64,000 nt of DNA. Source: an uncultured Dehalococcoidia bacterium. GTDB taxonomy: Bacteria > Chloroflexota > Dehalococcoidia > Lucifugimonadales > UBA1123. A program made the position numbers and the translations under genes. The notes under the pieces were generated by a model. That model did not search any database. It was given only the letters and a program-made list of their open reading frames with translations, and had not been told where the DNA came from. This document shows, one piece after another, positions 1 to 9,406 of this stretch. Numbering within the stretch: position 1 is the first letter of the stretch; the number at the start of each line of letters is the position of its first letter. The stretch lies in assembly GCA_958296105.1 (NCBI GenBank), contig OY282441.1, positions 1,663,585 through 1,727,584 of the forward strand. Direction: 5' to 3'.

Positions 1-620
1 CGGGCGAGGTCGCCGATGCCTATGACTTCGGGGTCGCCTACGTGGATGGGCGCTCCGTGCGTGGCTGGGAAGCGCGACGTGACCTGCACCGCCCTGACCA
101 CCTGCTCGCGCTTGATCGCCCTCATGGATACCACCATGGGGCCGGAGAACTCGCCCGCCGATGCCGCCGGGATGTTGGTTATGAACATCGAGACGTTCTT
201 GTCTTGGTCTATGTGCTTTAGGGGGATGCCCGCCCTGAGCATGGCAGTCTCGAACGAGAAGCTGCATCCGAGAAGGAACGAGACGAGGTCGCCGCGCCAG
301 AAATCGGATATGTCCTCGACCTCGGCGGTCATCTCGCCGTGTTCGTACACTCGGTAGAGCGGAACGTCCGTCCGTATGTCCGCGCCGGGGGCGTACTCGA
401 CAGGCTCGACCTCGCCCGCTTCGATCACTTCGAGAAGTGGGCAGGGCTTCGGGTTGCGCTGGCAGAACAGCAGGAAGTCGAATGCCATGTCTCTGGGCAG
501 TATGGCAAGGTTTGCCTGGACGTGTCCGGGCGCGAAGCCCGCGGTGGGATGCACCAGCCTTCCTTCACGAATAAGCTGCCGAACATCCGCCGGTGAAGTG
601 GGAAGGGCTGTAGTCTGCAT
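1..620 (-). CDS. DUF1445/UPF0317 putative hydro-lyase (YcsI / D-glutamate cyclase-like); C-terminus runs off the left edge
   Basis: Absent from the ORF track because no stop lies in the window. My reverse-complement translation from ATG 620-618 gives MQTTALPTSPADVRQLIREGRLVHPTAGFAPGHVQANLAILPRDMAFDFLLFCQRNPKPCPLLEV...SFLLGCSFSFE...GPMVVSMRAI...VTSRFPATHGAPIHVGDP and stays open to position 1. The motifs are typical of this family. Confidence 0.8.
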   Translation of the reverse strand, partial: MQTTALPTSPADVRQLIREGRLVHPTAGFAPGHVQANLAILPRDMAFDFLLFCQRNPKPCPLLEVIEAGEVEPVEYAPGADIRTDVPLYRVYEHGEMTAEVEDISDFWRGDLVSFLLGCSFSFETAMLRAGIPLKHIDQDKNVSMFITNIPAASAGEFSGPMVVSMRAIKREQVVRAVQVTSRFPATHGAPIHVGDPEVIGIGDLA

Positions 621-747
621 TTTTACGCTCCTGAATGGCTGCGCGCGCGTGCCTCGAAAGTATCGCCGTGCCACTAGAGTAGTACGCGCAAGGTGGAGCG
701 TCAAGGAAGTCAGGGCGGCGTGGGGGCTGAAGCCTGTGGGGGAGAGG

Positions 748-3324
748 TTACCCCTCTTTGGCGCGCTCCTGAAGCTCGTACAGCTTGTTGAGCGCCTCTA
801 TGGGCGTCATGGATGCCACGTCCAGCCGCTTCAGCTCGTCCAGCGCGGGCGAGGACGCGGGCATCAGCGCGAGCTGATGCGGCTTGGGAGGCGCAGGGGT
901 GCGCGCTCGCTTCGCCGCGCCGTTGGCGCCGTTCGACTCGAGATCGCCCAGAACGTCCCACGCTCGGTTTATCACCCCGTTGGGCATTCCAGCCAGCTGC
1001 GCCACGTGGATGCCGTAGCTCCTGTCCGCGCCGCCGGGGACGATGCGCCGCAGGAAGACGATCTCGCCCCTGTCTTCGGACACGGCTACGTTGAAGTTGC
1101 TGACTCTCGGCAGGTGGTCCGCGAGCTGGGTAAGCTCGTGGTAGTGGGTGGCGAAGAGCGTCTTGCAGCCCAGTCGCGGGTGGTTGTGGATGTACTCCGC
1201 CACCGCTCGCGCTATCGCCAAACCGTCGAAGGTGCTGGTGCCGCGCCCGATTTCGTCCAGTATTATGAGCGATCTTCGGGTGGCGTGGTTCAGGATCGAG
1301 GCAGTCTCCACCATCTCCACCATGAACGTGGACTGACCGAGCGCGAGGTCGTCCTGGAGACCCACACGGCTGAATATGCGGTCCACCAGCCCGATGGAGG
1401 CGGATTCGGCGGGTACGAAGCTGCCGATCTGCGCCATCAGCACCAAGATGGCTACCTGACGGATGTAGGTCGATTTGCCTGCCATGTTGGGGCCTGTGAT
1501 TATGGCGAGCTGACCGGATTCGCAGGACATATCGGTATCGTTAGGAACGAAGCCCTCCGCGCCCAGCATACGCTCGACCACAGGGTGGCGGCCCTGCCTT
1601 ATCTCGATGGCGTCCGACTCGCTCAGCGCGGGGCGGACGTATCCGTTTCGGGATGCCACGTCTCCCAGAGAGCAGAACGCGTCGATCCGCGCCAGCGCCT
1701 CCGCTGTGGCGGATATGGCGGAGGTATGCTCCGCCGCCTGCGCGCACACCTGACGGAACAGGCTGGATTCGAGGTCTGCCATGCGGTCCTGGGCGCTGAG
1801 TATGCGCGATTCGTACTCCTTCATCTCCGGCGTGATGAAGCGCTCTCCGCCGACCAGCGTCTGGCGGCGCACGTAGTCATCCGGCGCCATCCTCAGGTTC
1901 GGGTTGCTGATCTCGATGTAGTAGCCGAAGACCTTGTTGTAGCCCACTTTCAGGGACCTTATGCCGGTGCGCTCGCGCTCGCGCGCTTCGAGTCGCGCGA
2001 TGTACTGCTGCGCTCTGAGCGAGGCATCTCGCACCTCGTCCATATCGGAGGAGAACCCCGCCCTGATGACGCGCCCATCTCCCACCGACAGCGGGGGGTC
2101 GTCCGCTATGGCGGAGCGGATGAGCGCGACCGCCTCGGACGTGTCGAGAATGCCGCGCGCAAGCCACTCGACCCGAGCGGCGTCTTCGTCTTCCGTCAGT
2201 ATCTGCTTCAGGTGCGGCGCGGTCTCGAGGCTGGAAGCCAGAGACACCAGATCTCGCGGCGTGGCGCCGAATCCGCGCACTCTATTCAGCAGCCGCTGGA
2301 TGTCCGAGACGGTGTCGAGCAGCGCGATCACGCGCTCGCGCCTCAGCGCGCTGCGGTGGAACCACGCCACAGCCTCCTGACGCCGCTCAAGCTCCATCAG
2401 GTCGAGCAGCGGCTGGCCGACCCACGACCTCATCACGCGCCCGCCCATAGAAGTCTTGGTGCGATCGAGAGCCGACAGCAGGGACGCGGATGAGTCCCCC
2501 CAGCGTCCGCCTTCGAAAAGCTCCAAGTTGCGCCGCGTCTGCGGGTCCAGCACCATGTAGCGGCTGGTGGAGTAGGCGCGAAGGCTCGTGAGCTGGCCGG
2601 TCGCCGACTTCTGGGTCGTGGAGAGGTAGTCTAGGATCGCGCCCGCCGCCGCCGTCGCCAGCGGCAGGCGGTCGCATCCGAACGCCTCCAGGCTCGTCAC
2701 GCCGAAGTGTCGCTGGAGCGACTCGGCAGCCCACTCCAGATCGAAGCTGTCAGCGCCTATGGGCGTGATCGTGGTAGCGGCGTCGACTTCGAGCGGCTCC
2801 GACTCGTCGGCTACCAGAAGCTCGGCGGGCTGAAGGCGCGCAAGCTCGACGGCCAGCTCGGACGCGGGCAGCTGCGTCGTGGCGTACTCGCTGGTGGTTA
2901 TGTCCGTGTACGCCAGCCCAGCCTGATCGCCGCCCAGAGCCACGGCGGCGAGGTAGTTGTTCGCCTTGCCGTCCAGCAGCGAGTCTTCGACCACCGTGCC
3001 GGGAGTGACGACTCGCACCACTTCGCGGTCGACCAGCCCTCTGGATTTCGAGGCGTCAGAAGTCTGCTCGCAAATGGCGACCTTGTATCCCTTCCTGATG
3101 AGGCGCGCGAGGTACGAGTCGAGCGCGTGGTAGGGTATGCCCGCAAGCGGGATCTTGGAGCCTGCGCCGAACTCTCTGGAGGTTAGCGCGATCTCCAGCT
3201 CGCGGGAGATGACGCGCGCGTCGTCGTCGAAAGTCTCATAGAAGTCGCCCATCCTGAAAAGCAGGATGGCGTCTTGGTGTTCGCCCTTGATGCGGAGGTA
3301 CTGCCTGCGCGCCGGTGTGGTCAT
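748..3324 (-). CDS. mutS: DNA mismatch repair protein MutS
   Basis: 858-aa ORF with N-terminal FRMGDFYETF mismatch-binding motif, Walker A GPNMAGKSTY and STFMVEM motif. ATG start at 3324. Confidence 0.97.
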   Translation of the reverse strand: MTTPARRQYLRIKGEHQDAILLFRMGDFYETFDDDARVISRELEIALTSREFGAGSKIPLAGIPYHALDSYLARLIRKGYKVAICEQTSDASKSRGLVDREVVRVVTPGTVVEDSLLDGKANNYLAAVALGGDQAGLAYTDITTSEYATTQLPASELAVELARLQPAELLVADESEPLEVDAATTITPIGADSFDLEWAAESLQRHFGVTSLEAFGCDRLPLATAAAGAILDYLSTTQKSATGQLTSLRAYSTSRYMVLDPQTRRNLELFEGGRWGDSSASLLSALDRTKTSMGGRVMRSWVGQPLLDLMELERRQEAVAWFHRSALRRERVIALLDTVSDIQRLLNRVRGFGATPRDLVSLASSLETAPHLKQILTEDEDAARVEWLARGILDTSEAVALIRSAIADDPPLSVGDGRVIRAGFSSDMDEVRDASLRAQQYIARLEARERERTGIRSLKVGYNKVFGYYIEISNPNLRMAPDDYVRRQTLVGGERFITPEMKEYESRILSAQDRMADLESSLFRQVCAQAAEHTSAISATAEALARIDAFCSLGDVASRNGYVRPALSESDAIEIRQGRHPVVERMLGAEGFVPNDTDMSCESGQLAIITGPNMAGKSTYIRQVAILVLMAQIGSFVPAESASIGLVDRIFSRVGLQDDLALGQSTFMVEMVETASILNHATRRSLIILDEIGRGTSTFDGLAIARAVAEYIHNHPRLGCKTLFATHYHELTQLADHLPRVSNFNVAVSEDRGEIVFLRRIVPGGADRSYGIHVAQLAGMPNGVINRAWDVLGDLESNGANGAAKRARTPAPPKPHQLALMPASSPALDELKRLDVASMTPIEALNKLYELQERAKEG

Positions 3325-3385
3325 AGCGATTACATCTTAGCGTGAGCGCGCAGCGGTCTGAAAGTGGGTGATGGTCTTTGCGAAT

Positions 3386-3414
3386 CCAAAACAGGCGCGC
3401 GCCGCCGGGCGGTG
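3386..3414 (-). terminator. Weak candidate intrinsic terminator after the FNR-like gene
   Basis: Read on the minus strand, a GC-rich self-complementary CACCGCCCGGCGGCGCGCGCC is followed by TGTTTTGG, about 60 nt past the stop at 3473. The stem is short and ambiguous. Confidence 0.3.
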
Positions 3415-3472
3415 TCCGTATGAATGGCGGAGGCGCGGGCAGCTCGCCATTCTCGATCCATCCCCGTACTTC

Positions 3473-4222
3473 TCAGTCGTCTTTCCAGAAGCGCTCTTCT
3501 TCTACCCGGTAGCCTTTCGGGATCATCCTGTCCTTCACGTCCTCGATCATGCCCGGATGTCCGCAGGCGTACACTATGGTATCTGCGGGGGTGAGTCCGC
3601 TCTTTTCGGCGTAGGCTTCGACGATGTTGTTGACTCTGCCGGTCTCGCCAGTCCACTCGGCGTTGGGGGCTTCGTCGGGGCGGCTGACTGTTGGAACGAA
3701 CGTCACGAGGTCGGGACGCTCGGACGCGATCCGCCCCAGCTCGGCGTCGTATGCGAACTCGTTCGCGTAGCTCGCGCCCATCAGGACGTGGAAGTGGTGT
3801 CCAGACAGCCCATCGTGGAGGTACTGGCGGATGATGCTCACGTATGGCACCACGCCCGTTACCGTTGCCACGAACAGCTGGCTGGGGAGGCTCGGATGGA
3901 ATACGAACAGCCCCTTCGCCCTGGGGCGGATGGTGACGGTCTGCCCCTCTCTCATCTCGTGCAGCAGCGGGGTCAGGTTGCCGTCCGGCGGAGGCACGAG
4001 CTCGACGAACAGCTCCAGATCGTCTTCGTATGGGGCGGATACGATAGAGTAGGCGCGCTCTATTCCATCTACGCCGATGGTGCAGTACTGGCCCGCCTTG
4101 AACGTATAACCCTGCGGCTTTTCGATCCACACCTTCCACAGGTCGTGGCTGATGTCTGCGCGTTTGGTTATCGTGGTGGTCGCCAGCTTGGGTCGCCTGA
4201 TTCTTCTGCGAACAGTGGTCAA
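3473..4222 (-). CDS. Ferredoxin-NADP+ reductase-type FAD/NAD(P)-binding oxidoreductase
   Basis: 249-aa ORF with FAD motif RAYSIVS (RxYS) and a C-terminal NAD(P) domain ending ...YACGHPGMIEDV. TTG start as drawn. Last gene of the nuoEFG-like operon. Confidence 0.8.
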   Translation of the reverse strand: MTTVRRRIRRPKLATTTITKRADISHDLWKVWIEKPQGYTFKAGQYCTIGVDGIERAYSIVSAPYEDDLELFVELVPPPDGNLTPLLHEMREGQTVTIRPRAKGLFVFHPSLPSQLFVATVTGVVPYVSIIRQYLHDGLSGHHFHVLMGASYANEFAYDAELGRIASERPDLVTFVPTVSRPDEAPNAEWTGETGRVNNIVEAYAEKSGLTPADTIVYACGHPGMIEDVKDRMIPKGYRVEEERFWKDD

Positions 4223-4286
4223 GTCTCGATGTCTCCTTCGAGGGTTCGGGTTTGTGGGGTCAGTCCAGTATGGGGCCAGTCGGGGT

Positions 4287-7085
4287 TCAGTCCGCCGCTG
4301 TGTCGACGGCGGGCTTGACCAGCCTGACGGGAACGAGCGGCAGGGTAGGGACGTTCATCATGGGGTCCGGCTCATGGCTCTGGCTGAGTCCGGTCACCAG
4401 ATCGCCGAACAGGGTCGTGATGGACACCAGCCCTCGCTGGGGGCCGGACAGCTGGGCTGTGCCGGCGGCTCTGCCCTGCGACGACAGCGCCTCCACCCAG
4501 TCCCCCTGCGCGATGCCGAGCGCCGCCGCGTCTTCCGGGTGTATCTGTATGCTCTCGTCTCTCTCTATGGCGTTCTTGCCGTCTATCTGCACTATCTCCA
4601 GCTCGCGCTCCGGCTGGTGGAGAATGCGGCCATGCGCCAGTATCATCGGGAACTCGCCGTCTTCGTGAGCGGGCGCGTCTCCGAGTGAGATGGGCGCGAG
4701 CTTCGGCGCGCTGGTATCCAGCGTGTCTTGGTACAGGATGGGCGTATCCGCCATATCCGCCGCCAGACAGGGCCACTGAAGGCCGCCGGATTCCAGCCTG
4801 CCGTAGGTTATTCCGCCGTATGCTTCGACGAGGTTGTTGATCTCGTCGAAGATCGGCTCTTCGTCTTGGTAGTCGAAGCCGCGCGCGCCCATGCGCCGAG
4901 CTATATGAGACAGGATGCGCCAGTGAGCGTCCTCGTCGTTCTTTGGACCCAGCGCGGGCCGAAGCAGCTGAACCCTGCGCTCCAAGTTGGTGTAGGTGCC
5001 GCGCCTCTCGGCGAACGTCAGCGCGGGCAAGACCACGTCCGCCATGTCCGAGATACGGCTGGCGAAAGTGGCGTGCGCCACGACGAACTCCGCGCGCTCC
5101 ACCGCGTCCGCGATGTCTCCCAGCTCGCCGTTCGAGTGGGCGGGGCTCTCTCCAACCAGATGAAGCGCCTTCACGATGCCGGACTGCACGGCATCGACCA
5201 GCTGGGTGGCTCCGATTCCGGGCGAAGCGGGGATTTCGGCGCTCCAAGCCGCCGCCACCCGCGCCCTGCGTCCGTCGCTTTCGACTGCGCCGTGTCCGGG
5301 CAGCAGATCCGGCGCGCATCCCACATCTCGCGCGCCCTGCTCGTTCGCCCCCGTGAACAGCGGATAGATTCCTGAAGACGGCCTGCCCACGTTGCCCGTG
5401 ATCAGCGCGAGGTTCACCAGCGCGCGCGCGCACGGCTCGCGCGTCTCGGCTGGCAACGTCTCCAGCCCGAACAGGACAGCGCCGGGCTGACGCTCGGCGA
5501 ATATCCGCGCGGCGGCCTCGATGTCCTGCCGCGATATGCCAGTGACGCGCTCGACCTTGCTGAGATCGAACTCGTGGATGACCGAGTTTCTGAACTCTTG
5601 GATGTTCTCCACGTAGTCCGCCAGATACTCATGGTCGTCGAGCGACTGGTCCCACATGGCGCGAATGATTCCGCCGATGAGCGCGGCTTCGCTGCCCGGT
5701 CTCGGCCTCAGCCACAGCTTGGCGTGGCGCGCAAGCTCGGTCTCGCGCTGGTCTATTACGACCATCTCGGCGCTGCCCTGCGAGACTGCCTTCTTGATGG
5801 GTACGGCGACCACGTTCTGCTCTTCCGTCATGTTGGACGAGACGACCAAGAAGCGCCTGGATGCTTCCAAGCCCCATATCGGGTTGGTGGCGGCGGCGTA
5901 TCCCAGCTGCTCCCTGAGCGGACCGAGCATGTCCGAGCGCGTGTTGGAGGCGACGTCCACGCTGTTCGTCCCCATGACCGTTCTGGCGAACTTCTGGGCG
6001 ACGTAGGCGTCTTCGTTGGTGGCTCTGGGAGACGCGAGCAGCGCGTAGCTGCCGTCTCGGTAGTCGCCCAGCCTTTCTGCGACCAGATCCAGCGCCTCCG
6101 GCCAAGTGGCTTGTCGCAGCTCCCCATCTCGGCGGATCATGGGTGTCTGGATGCGGTCGCGGCGGTTCACGAAGTCCAAGCCGAACTTGCCCTTGAAACA
6201 CGCCTGACCTCTGTTCGCCGCGGCGTGGAGATCGGGTATCGCGCGAATCATGCGGTTGCGCTTGTTGACTTCGAGCGTCATCTCGCATCCGACCGGACAG
6301 TGGGGGCAGATGGTGTTGACCTTCTCGACCGCCTTATCCCATTTGTAGTCGCGCTCCACGAGCGCGCCCGTGGGGCATACGTCTATGCACGCTCCGCAGA
6401 ACTCGCAGCCGGATTCGAGCAGGCTGGTTCCCTGAGATGTTCCTATAAGACTCTTGCCAGAGCGCATCTGAAGGGTGAGCGCAGAGTCGCCGCGCACCTC
6501 GTCGCACACGCGAACGCAGCGCGCGCACACGATGCACAGGTTCATGTCCATGTCCCAGTATGGATCCTGGACGGACAGCGGCAGGTGGCGGTTGTTGTAT
6601 GTCAGCGGGGTATCCATATCCATTTCGAGATACCGCACCGTGTCCTTCAGCTCGCAGCGCTCGTTCTTGGGGCAGGTCACGCAGCGGTCGTTGACGGACA
6701 CGTGGCGCAGGCAGATGTCCGCCGGGCCGCACAGCTCGATTCGGTGACACGTAAGGCAGCCGTGCGGATGCTCGGATATGAGCATGTCCATGATTCCGCG
6801 CCGCAGATTCTGGAGGTCGCCGCTGTTGGTGGTAACTCTCATGCCGTTCGATACGGGGGTGGTGCATGACGCGGGCGATCCCGGAAGGGCGCGGTAGCTT
6901 CCGTCCGGAGTCGGCGCTTCCGCAGTGACTACGCACATGCGACAGGCGCCGAACGGCTTCATGCCCGGGTAGTAGCACAGGTACGGGATGTACAGCCCCG
7001 CGTCCATTGCCGCCTGAATGATCATCTGGCCCGGCTGGGCTGCGATCTCCTGGCCGTCCACCGTAATCTTCATCTCGTCAGCCAT
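4287..7085 (-). CDS. NuoG / formate-dehydrogenase-alpha-like Fe-S molybdopterin-oxidoreductase-fold protein
   Basis: 932 aa. N-terminal 2Fe-2S fold (CYYPGMKPFGACRMC), 4Fe-4S motifs CIVCARCVRVC and CEFCGACIDVCP, MopB cluster CPHCPVGC, then a MopB body with a C-terminal barrel. ATGGCTGA overlap with the upstream gene's stop. Confidence 0.85.
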   Translation of the reverse strand: MADEMKITVDGQEIAAQPGQMIIQAAMDAGLYIPYLCYYPGMKPFGACRMCVVTAEAPTPDGSYRALPGSPASCTTPVSNGMRVTTNSGDLQNLRRGIMDMLISEHPHGCLTCHRIELCGPADICLRHVSVNDRCVTCPKNERCELKDTVRYLEMDMDTPLTYNNRHLPLSVQDPYWDMDMNLCIVCARCVRVCDEVRGDSALTLQMRSGKSLIGTSQGTSLLESGCEFCGACIDVCPTGALVERDYKWDKAVEKVNTICPHCPVGCEMTLEVNKRNRMIRAIPDLHAAANRGQACFKGKFGLDFVNRRDRIQTPMIRRDGELRQATWPEALDLVAERLGDYRDGSYALLASPRATNEDAYVAQKFARTVMGTNSVDVASNTRSDMLGPLREQLGYAAATNPIWGLEASRRFLVVSSNMTEEQNVVAVPIKKAVSQGSAEMVVIDQRETELARHAKLWLRPRPGSEAALIGGIIRAMWDQSLDDHEYLADYVENIQEFRNSVIHEFDLSKVERVTGISRQDIEAAARIFAERQPGAVLFGLETLPAETREPCARALVNLALITGNVGRPSSGIYPLFTGANEQGARDVGCAPDLLPGHGAVESDGRRARVAAAWSAEIPASPGIGATQLVDAVQSGIVKALHLVGESPAHSNGELGDIADAVERAEFVVAHATFASRISDMADVVLPALTFAERRGTYTNLERRVQLLRPALGPKNDEDAHWRILSHIARRMGARGFDYQDEEPIFDEINNLVEAYGGITYGRLESGGLQWPCLAADMADTPILYQDTLDTSAPKLAPISLGDAPAHEDGEFPMILAHGRILHQPERELEIVQIDGKNAIERDESIQIHPEDAAALGIAQGDWVEALSSQGRAAGTAQLSGPQRGLVSITTLFGDLVTGLSQSHEPDPMMNVPTLPLVPVRLVKPAVDTAAD

Positions 7086-8826
7086 TCTGCGCTCCAGTGG
7101 GTACGAAGTCGTGGGCGTATGGTCTGGTGTTCTTCGGCGCGATGCGCGGACCCAGACAGCTTCCGGTCGGGCATCTGCGCTCCTCGATGTGGGCGAGGAA
7201 GTCGGATTCGAAATGGGTCAGCGCCGATCTGATTGGGCCGAACCCCAGCTGTCCATGCCCGCACAGGGAGCTTGCCTCCATGGTGGTTCCGACGGAGCGC
7301 ATCAGGTCGAGGTCTCCCGGTCTGCTCTCGCAGCTCGCTATGCGCTCGGTGATCTCCAGCAGATGCTCCATGCCGAGCCTGCACGGGAAGCACTTTCCGC
7401 AGGATTCGAACTGGCAGAAGGCTACGAGTATGCGGGTAAGATCGACGGCGCACACGTCTTCGTCTCCGACTATTATTCCGCCGGAGCCGAGAATCGCCCC
7501 CGCATCGCGCATCTCGTCGAAGTCTATGTGAATGGCCATGCTGTCCGCGCCCAGCACGCCGCCGAGCGGCCCTCCCGTCTGGAGCAGCTTGAGCCGCTTG
7601 CCGTTCGGCACGCCTCCGCCGATGTCGTTGACCACCTCGCCGAGCGTAACGCCCATCGGCACCTCGTAAAGACCGGGGTACTCCACGTTGCCAGTCAGGC
7701 AGATGATGGCGGTGCCGGTGCTGCGGTTGACGCCGATGGAGCTGAACCACTCCGCGCCGCGCGATATGATCTCAGGCGTGTAGGAGTATGTCTTGACGTT
7801 GTTGATAGTCGAAGGGTAGCCCCACACGCCGAACGCGGCGGGGAACGGCGGGCGGTAGCGCGGCTGGGAGCGCTTGCCCTCGATTGCCTCCATCAGCGCG
7901 GTCTCCTCGCCGGCGACGTAGGATTCGCCAGTGAGCGCCACTTCTATATCGAAGCTGAAGTCCGAGCCGAAGATGTTCTCGCCAAGAACGCCAGCCTCGT
8001 ATGCCTGCCTTATCGCCTGCTCGGTTCGGTCTATGGGGCCGTCGTGTCCGTGCCTAATGAATACTATGCCGTTGGTGGCGCGCGTGGCGTAGCCGCCGAT
8101 CATCAGCCCTTCGAGCAGCGTGTGCGGGTCGCTCTCCAGGATTCCCTTGTCGTTGTACGCGCCCGGGTCGCCCTCCTCGCAGTTGCACAGCATATACTTG
8201 GGCGGGCCGGGCGAGCGCACCATGAAGCTCCACTTGACACCGGTGGGGAAGGCTGCGCCGCCGCGCCCGCGCAGTCCGGAGTCGGACACCTCCTTTATGA
8301 CGTCGTCCGGCTGCATCTGAGTCAGCGCCTTGTGGATGCCGGCGTATCCGCCGTTGGCGATGTACTGGTGGATGTCGCTCGGGGCAACGTGGCCTGCGTT
8401 TCTGAGCGCGATCCGCCGCTGGGCGCTGATGCCCGGCAGTCTGTTCAGGTCTTCTACGCCTGCTATCGGCTCGTCTCCGAGCCAGCCCAGCGCCCTGCCG
8501 CGCGGCTCAGCGCCATTGGCGATGTAGTCCGCGATTGCGCCGACGTCGGCGGCGTCCACGTTTCCGAAGAACAGCCTGCTCTTGGCTCCGGGCAGGAGAA
8601 CGTCCGCCAGCGGCTCGGCGTAGCAGATGCCAAGACAGCCGACTTCGTCTATGTTGGCGTCTATGCCGCGCCGATCCAGCTCCGCTCTCAGGGCGGCTAT
8701 CACATCGTATGCGCCCGCCGAGTGTCCGCACATGGCAGCGCCGACCCTGACCCACGGGATGGGGCCGTCCGTCAGCAGACGCCAGCGCTCGTCCGCCGCC
8801 TGCTTCAACGATTCATAGCTGGGCAT
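7078..8826 (-). CDS. NuoF-like NADH dehydrogenase flavoprotein subunit with N-terminal thioredoxin-like domain
   Basis: The ORF track gives 7078-8970. I start it at ATG 8826 (MPSYESLKQ) because the longer form overlaps the nuoE-like gene by about 100 nt. FMN/NADH motif GRGGAAFPTGVKW; 4Fe-4S motif ESCGKCFPCR. Confidence 0.85.
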   Translation of the reverse strand: MPSYESLKQAADERWRLLTDGPIPWVRVGAAMCGHSAGAYDVIAALRAELDRRGIDANIDEVGCLGICYAEPLADVLLPGAKSRLFFGNVDAADVGAIADYIANGAEPRGRALGWLGDEPIAGVEDLNRLPGISAQRRIALRNAGHVAPSDIHQYIANGGYAGIHKALTQMQPDDVIKEVSDSGLRGRGGAAFPTGVKWSFMVRSPGPPKYMLCNCEEGDPGAYNDKGILESDPHTLLEGLMIGGYATRATNGIVFIRHGHDGPIDRTEQAIRQAYEAGVLGENIFGSDFSFDIEVALTGESYVAGEETALMEAIEGKRSQPRYRPPFPAAFGVWGYPSTINNVKTYSYTPEIISRGAEWFSSIGVNRSTGTAIICLTGNVEYPGLYEVPMGVTLGEVVNDIGGGVPNGKRLKLLQTGGPLGGVLGADSMAIHIDFDEMRDAGAILGSGGIIVGDEDVCAVDLTRILVAFCQFESCGKCFPCRLGMEHLLEITERIASCESRPGDLDLMRSVGTTMEASSLCGHGQLGFGPIRSALTHFESDFLAHIEERRCPTGSCLGPRIAPKNTRPYAHDFVPTGAQNG

Positions 8827-8864
8827 TGCCAACTCCGGATGGTAGTTACTGGTGGACAGTGTGG

Positions 8865-9347
8865 CTAGTGGCTGGCATCCGTCAGATCGGCGACTCGCTC
8901 GCAGGCTGCTTCGGGCGTAAGGCGTCCGCTCAGACGGTGGTTCACGCTCATCACGGGGGCGACTGAACACGCGCCCAGGCAGGTGTTGAACTTGAAGGAG
9001 ATGCTGCCGTCCGCGGTCTCCCCTTCGTCATCTAGGCCAAGCTGGTCCATGAGCCGCCGCAATATGCGGGACGCGCCCTTCAGGTGGCAGGTAGGCCCCC
9101 AGCACACCTCTACGCTGTGCTTGCCGGGCGGCGTGAATCTGAAGTTGGTGTAGAAAGACGCCACGCCCCACACCTCGTTGATCGTGGTGTCGTTGAGCGC
9201 GGCTACCTCTTCGATCGCCTCGTCCGGCACGTAGCCCAGCTCGTCCTGCGCAGCCAGCAACGACGACAGCACCGTTACGGTGGGGCGGCGCTGGTTGTTG
9301 ATCGCTTCGAGCAGCCGCTCTCTTTCCGCTTCGCTGATGGCAGCCAA
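8865..9347 (-). CDS. NuoE-like 2Fe-2S thioredoxin-like ferredoxin subunit
   Basis: 160 aa with CWGPTCHLKG ... CLGACSVAPVM cysteine motifs. TTG start. Confidence 0.85.
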   Translation of the reverse strand: MAAISEAERERLLEAINNQRRPTVTVLSSLLAAQDELGYVPDEAIEEVAALNDTTINEVWGVASFYTNFRFTPPGKHSVEVCWGPTCHLKGASRILRRLMDQLGLDDEGETADGSISFKFNTCLGACSVAPVMSVNHRLSGRLTPEAACERVADLTDASH

Positions 9348-9406
9348 ACCGTCCCTCGCCAGCTTGAAGAATTCGTCACAATGATAACAGATAACATCAG
9401 GATTGG

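Noticed and set aside
725-757. Hairpin AGAGG-ttacc-CCTCT straddling the mutS stop, considered as a terminator
   Set aside because: The stem is only 5 bp with no U tract. It is more likely a half-copy of the REP-like element, noted under that finding.
376-2493. 705-aa plus-strand ORF
   Set aside because: It lies entirely antisense to mutS and its translation is Arg/Ala/Gly-rich low complexity, typical of a GC-rich shadow frame. mutS on the other strand has all its canonical motifs.
7018-8868. 616-aa plus-strand ORF, and the 226-aa minus-strand ORF at 7070-7750
   Set aside because: Both are shadow frames over the NuoF-like gene, with no recognisable motifs.
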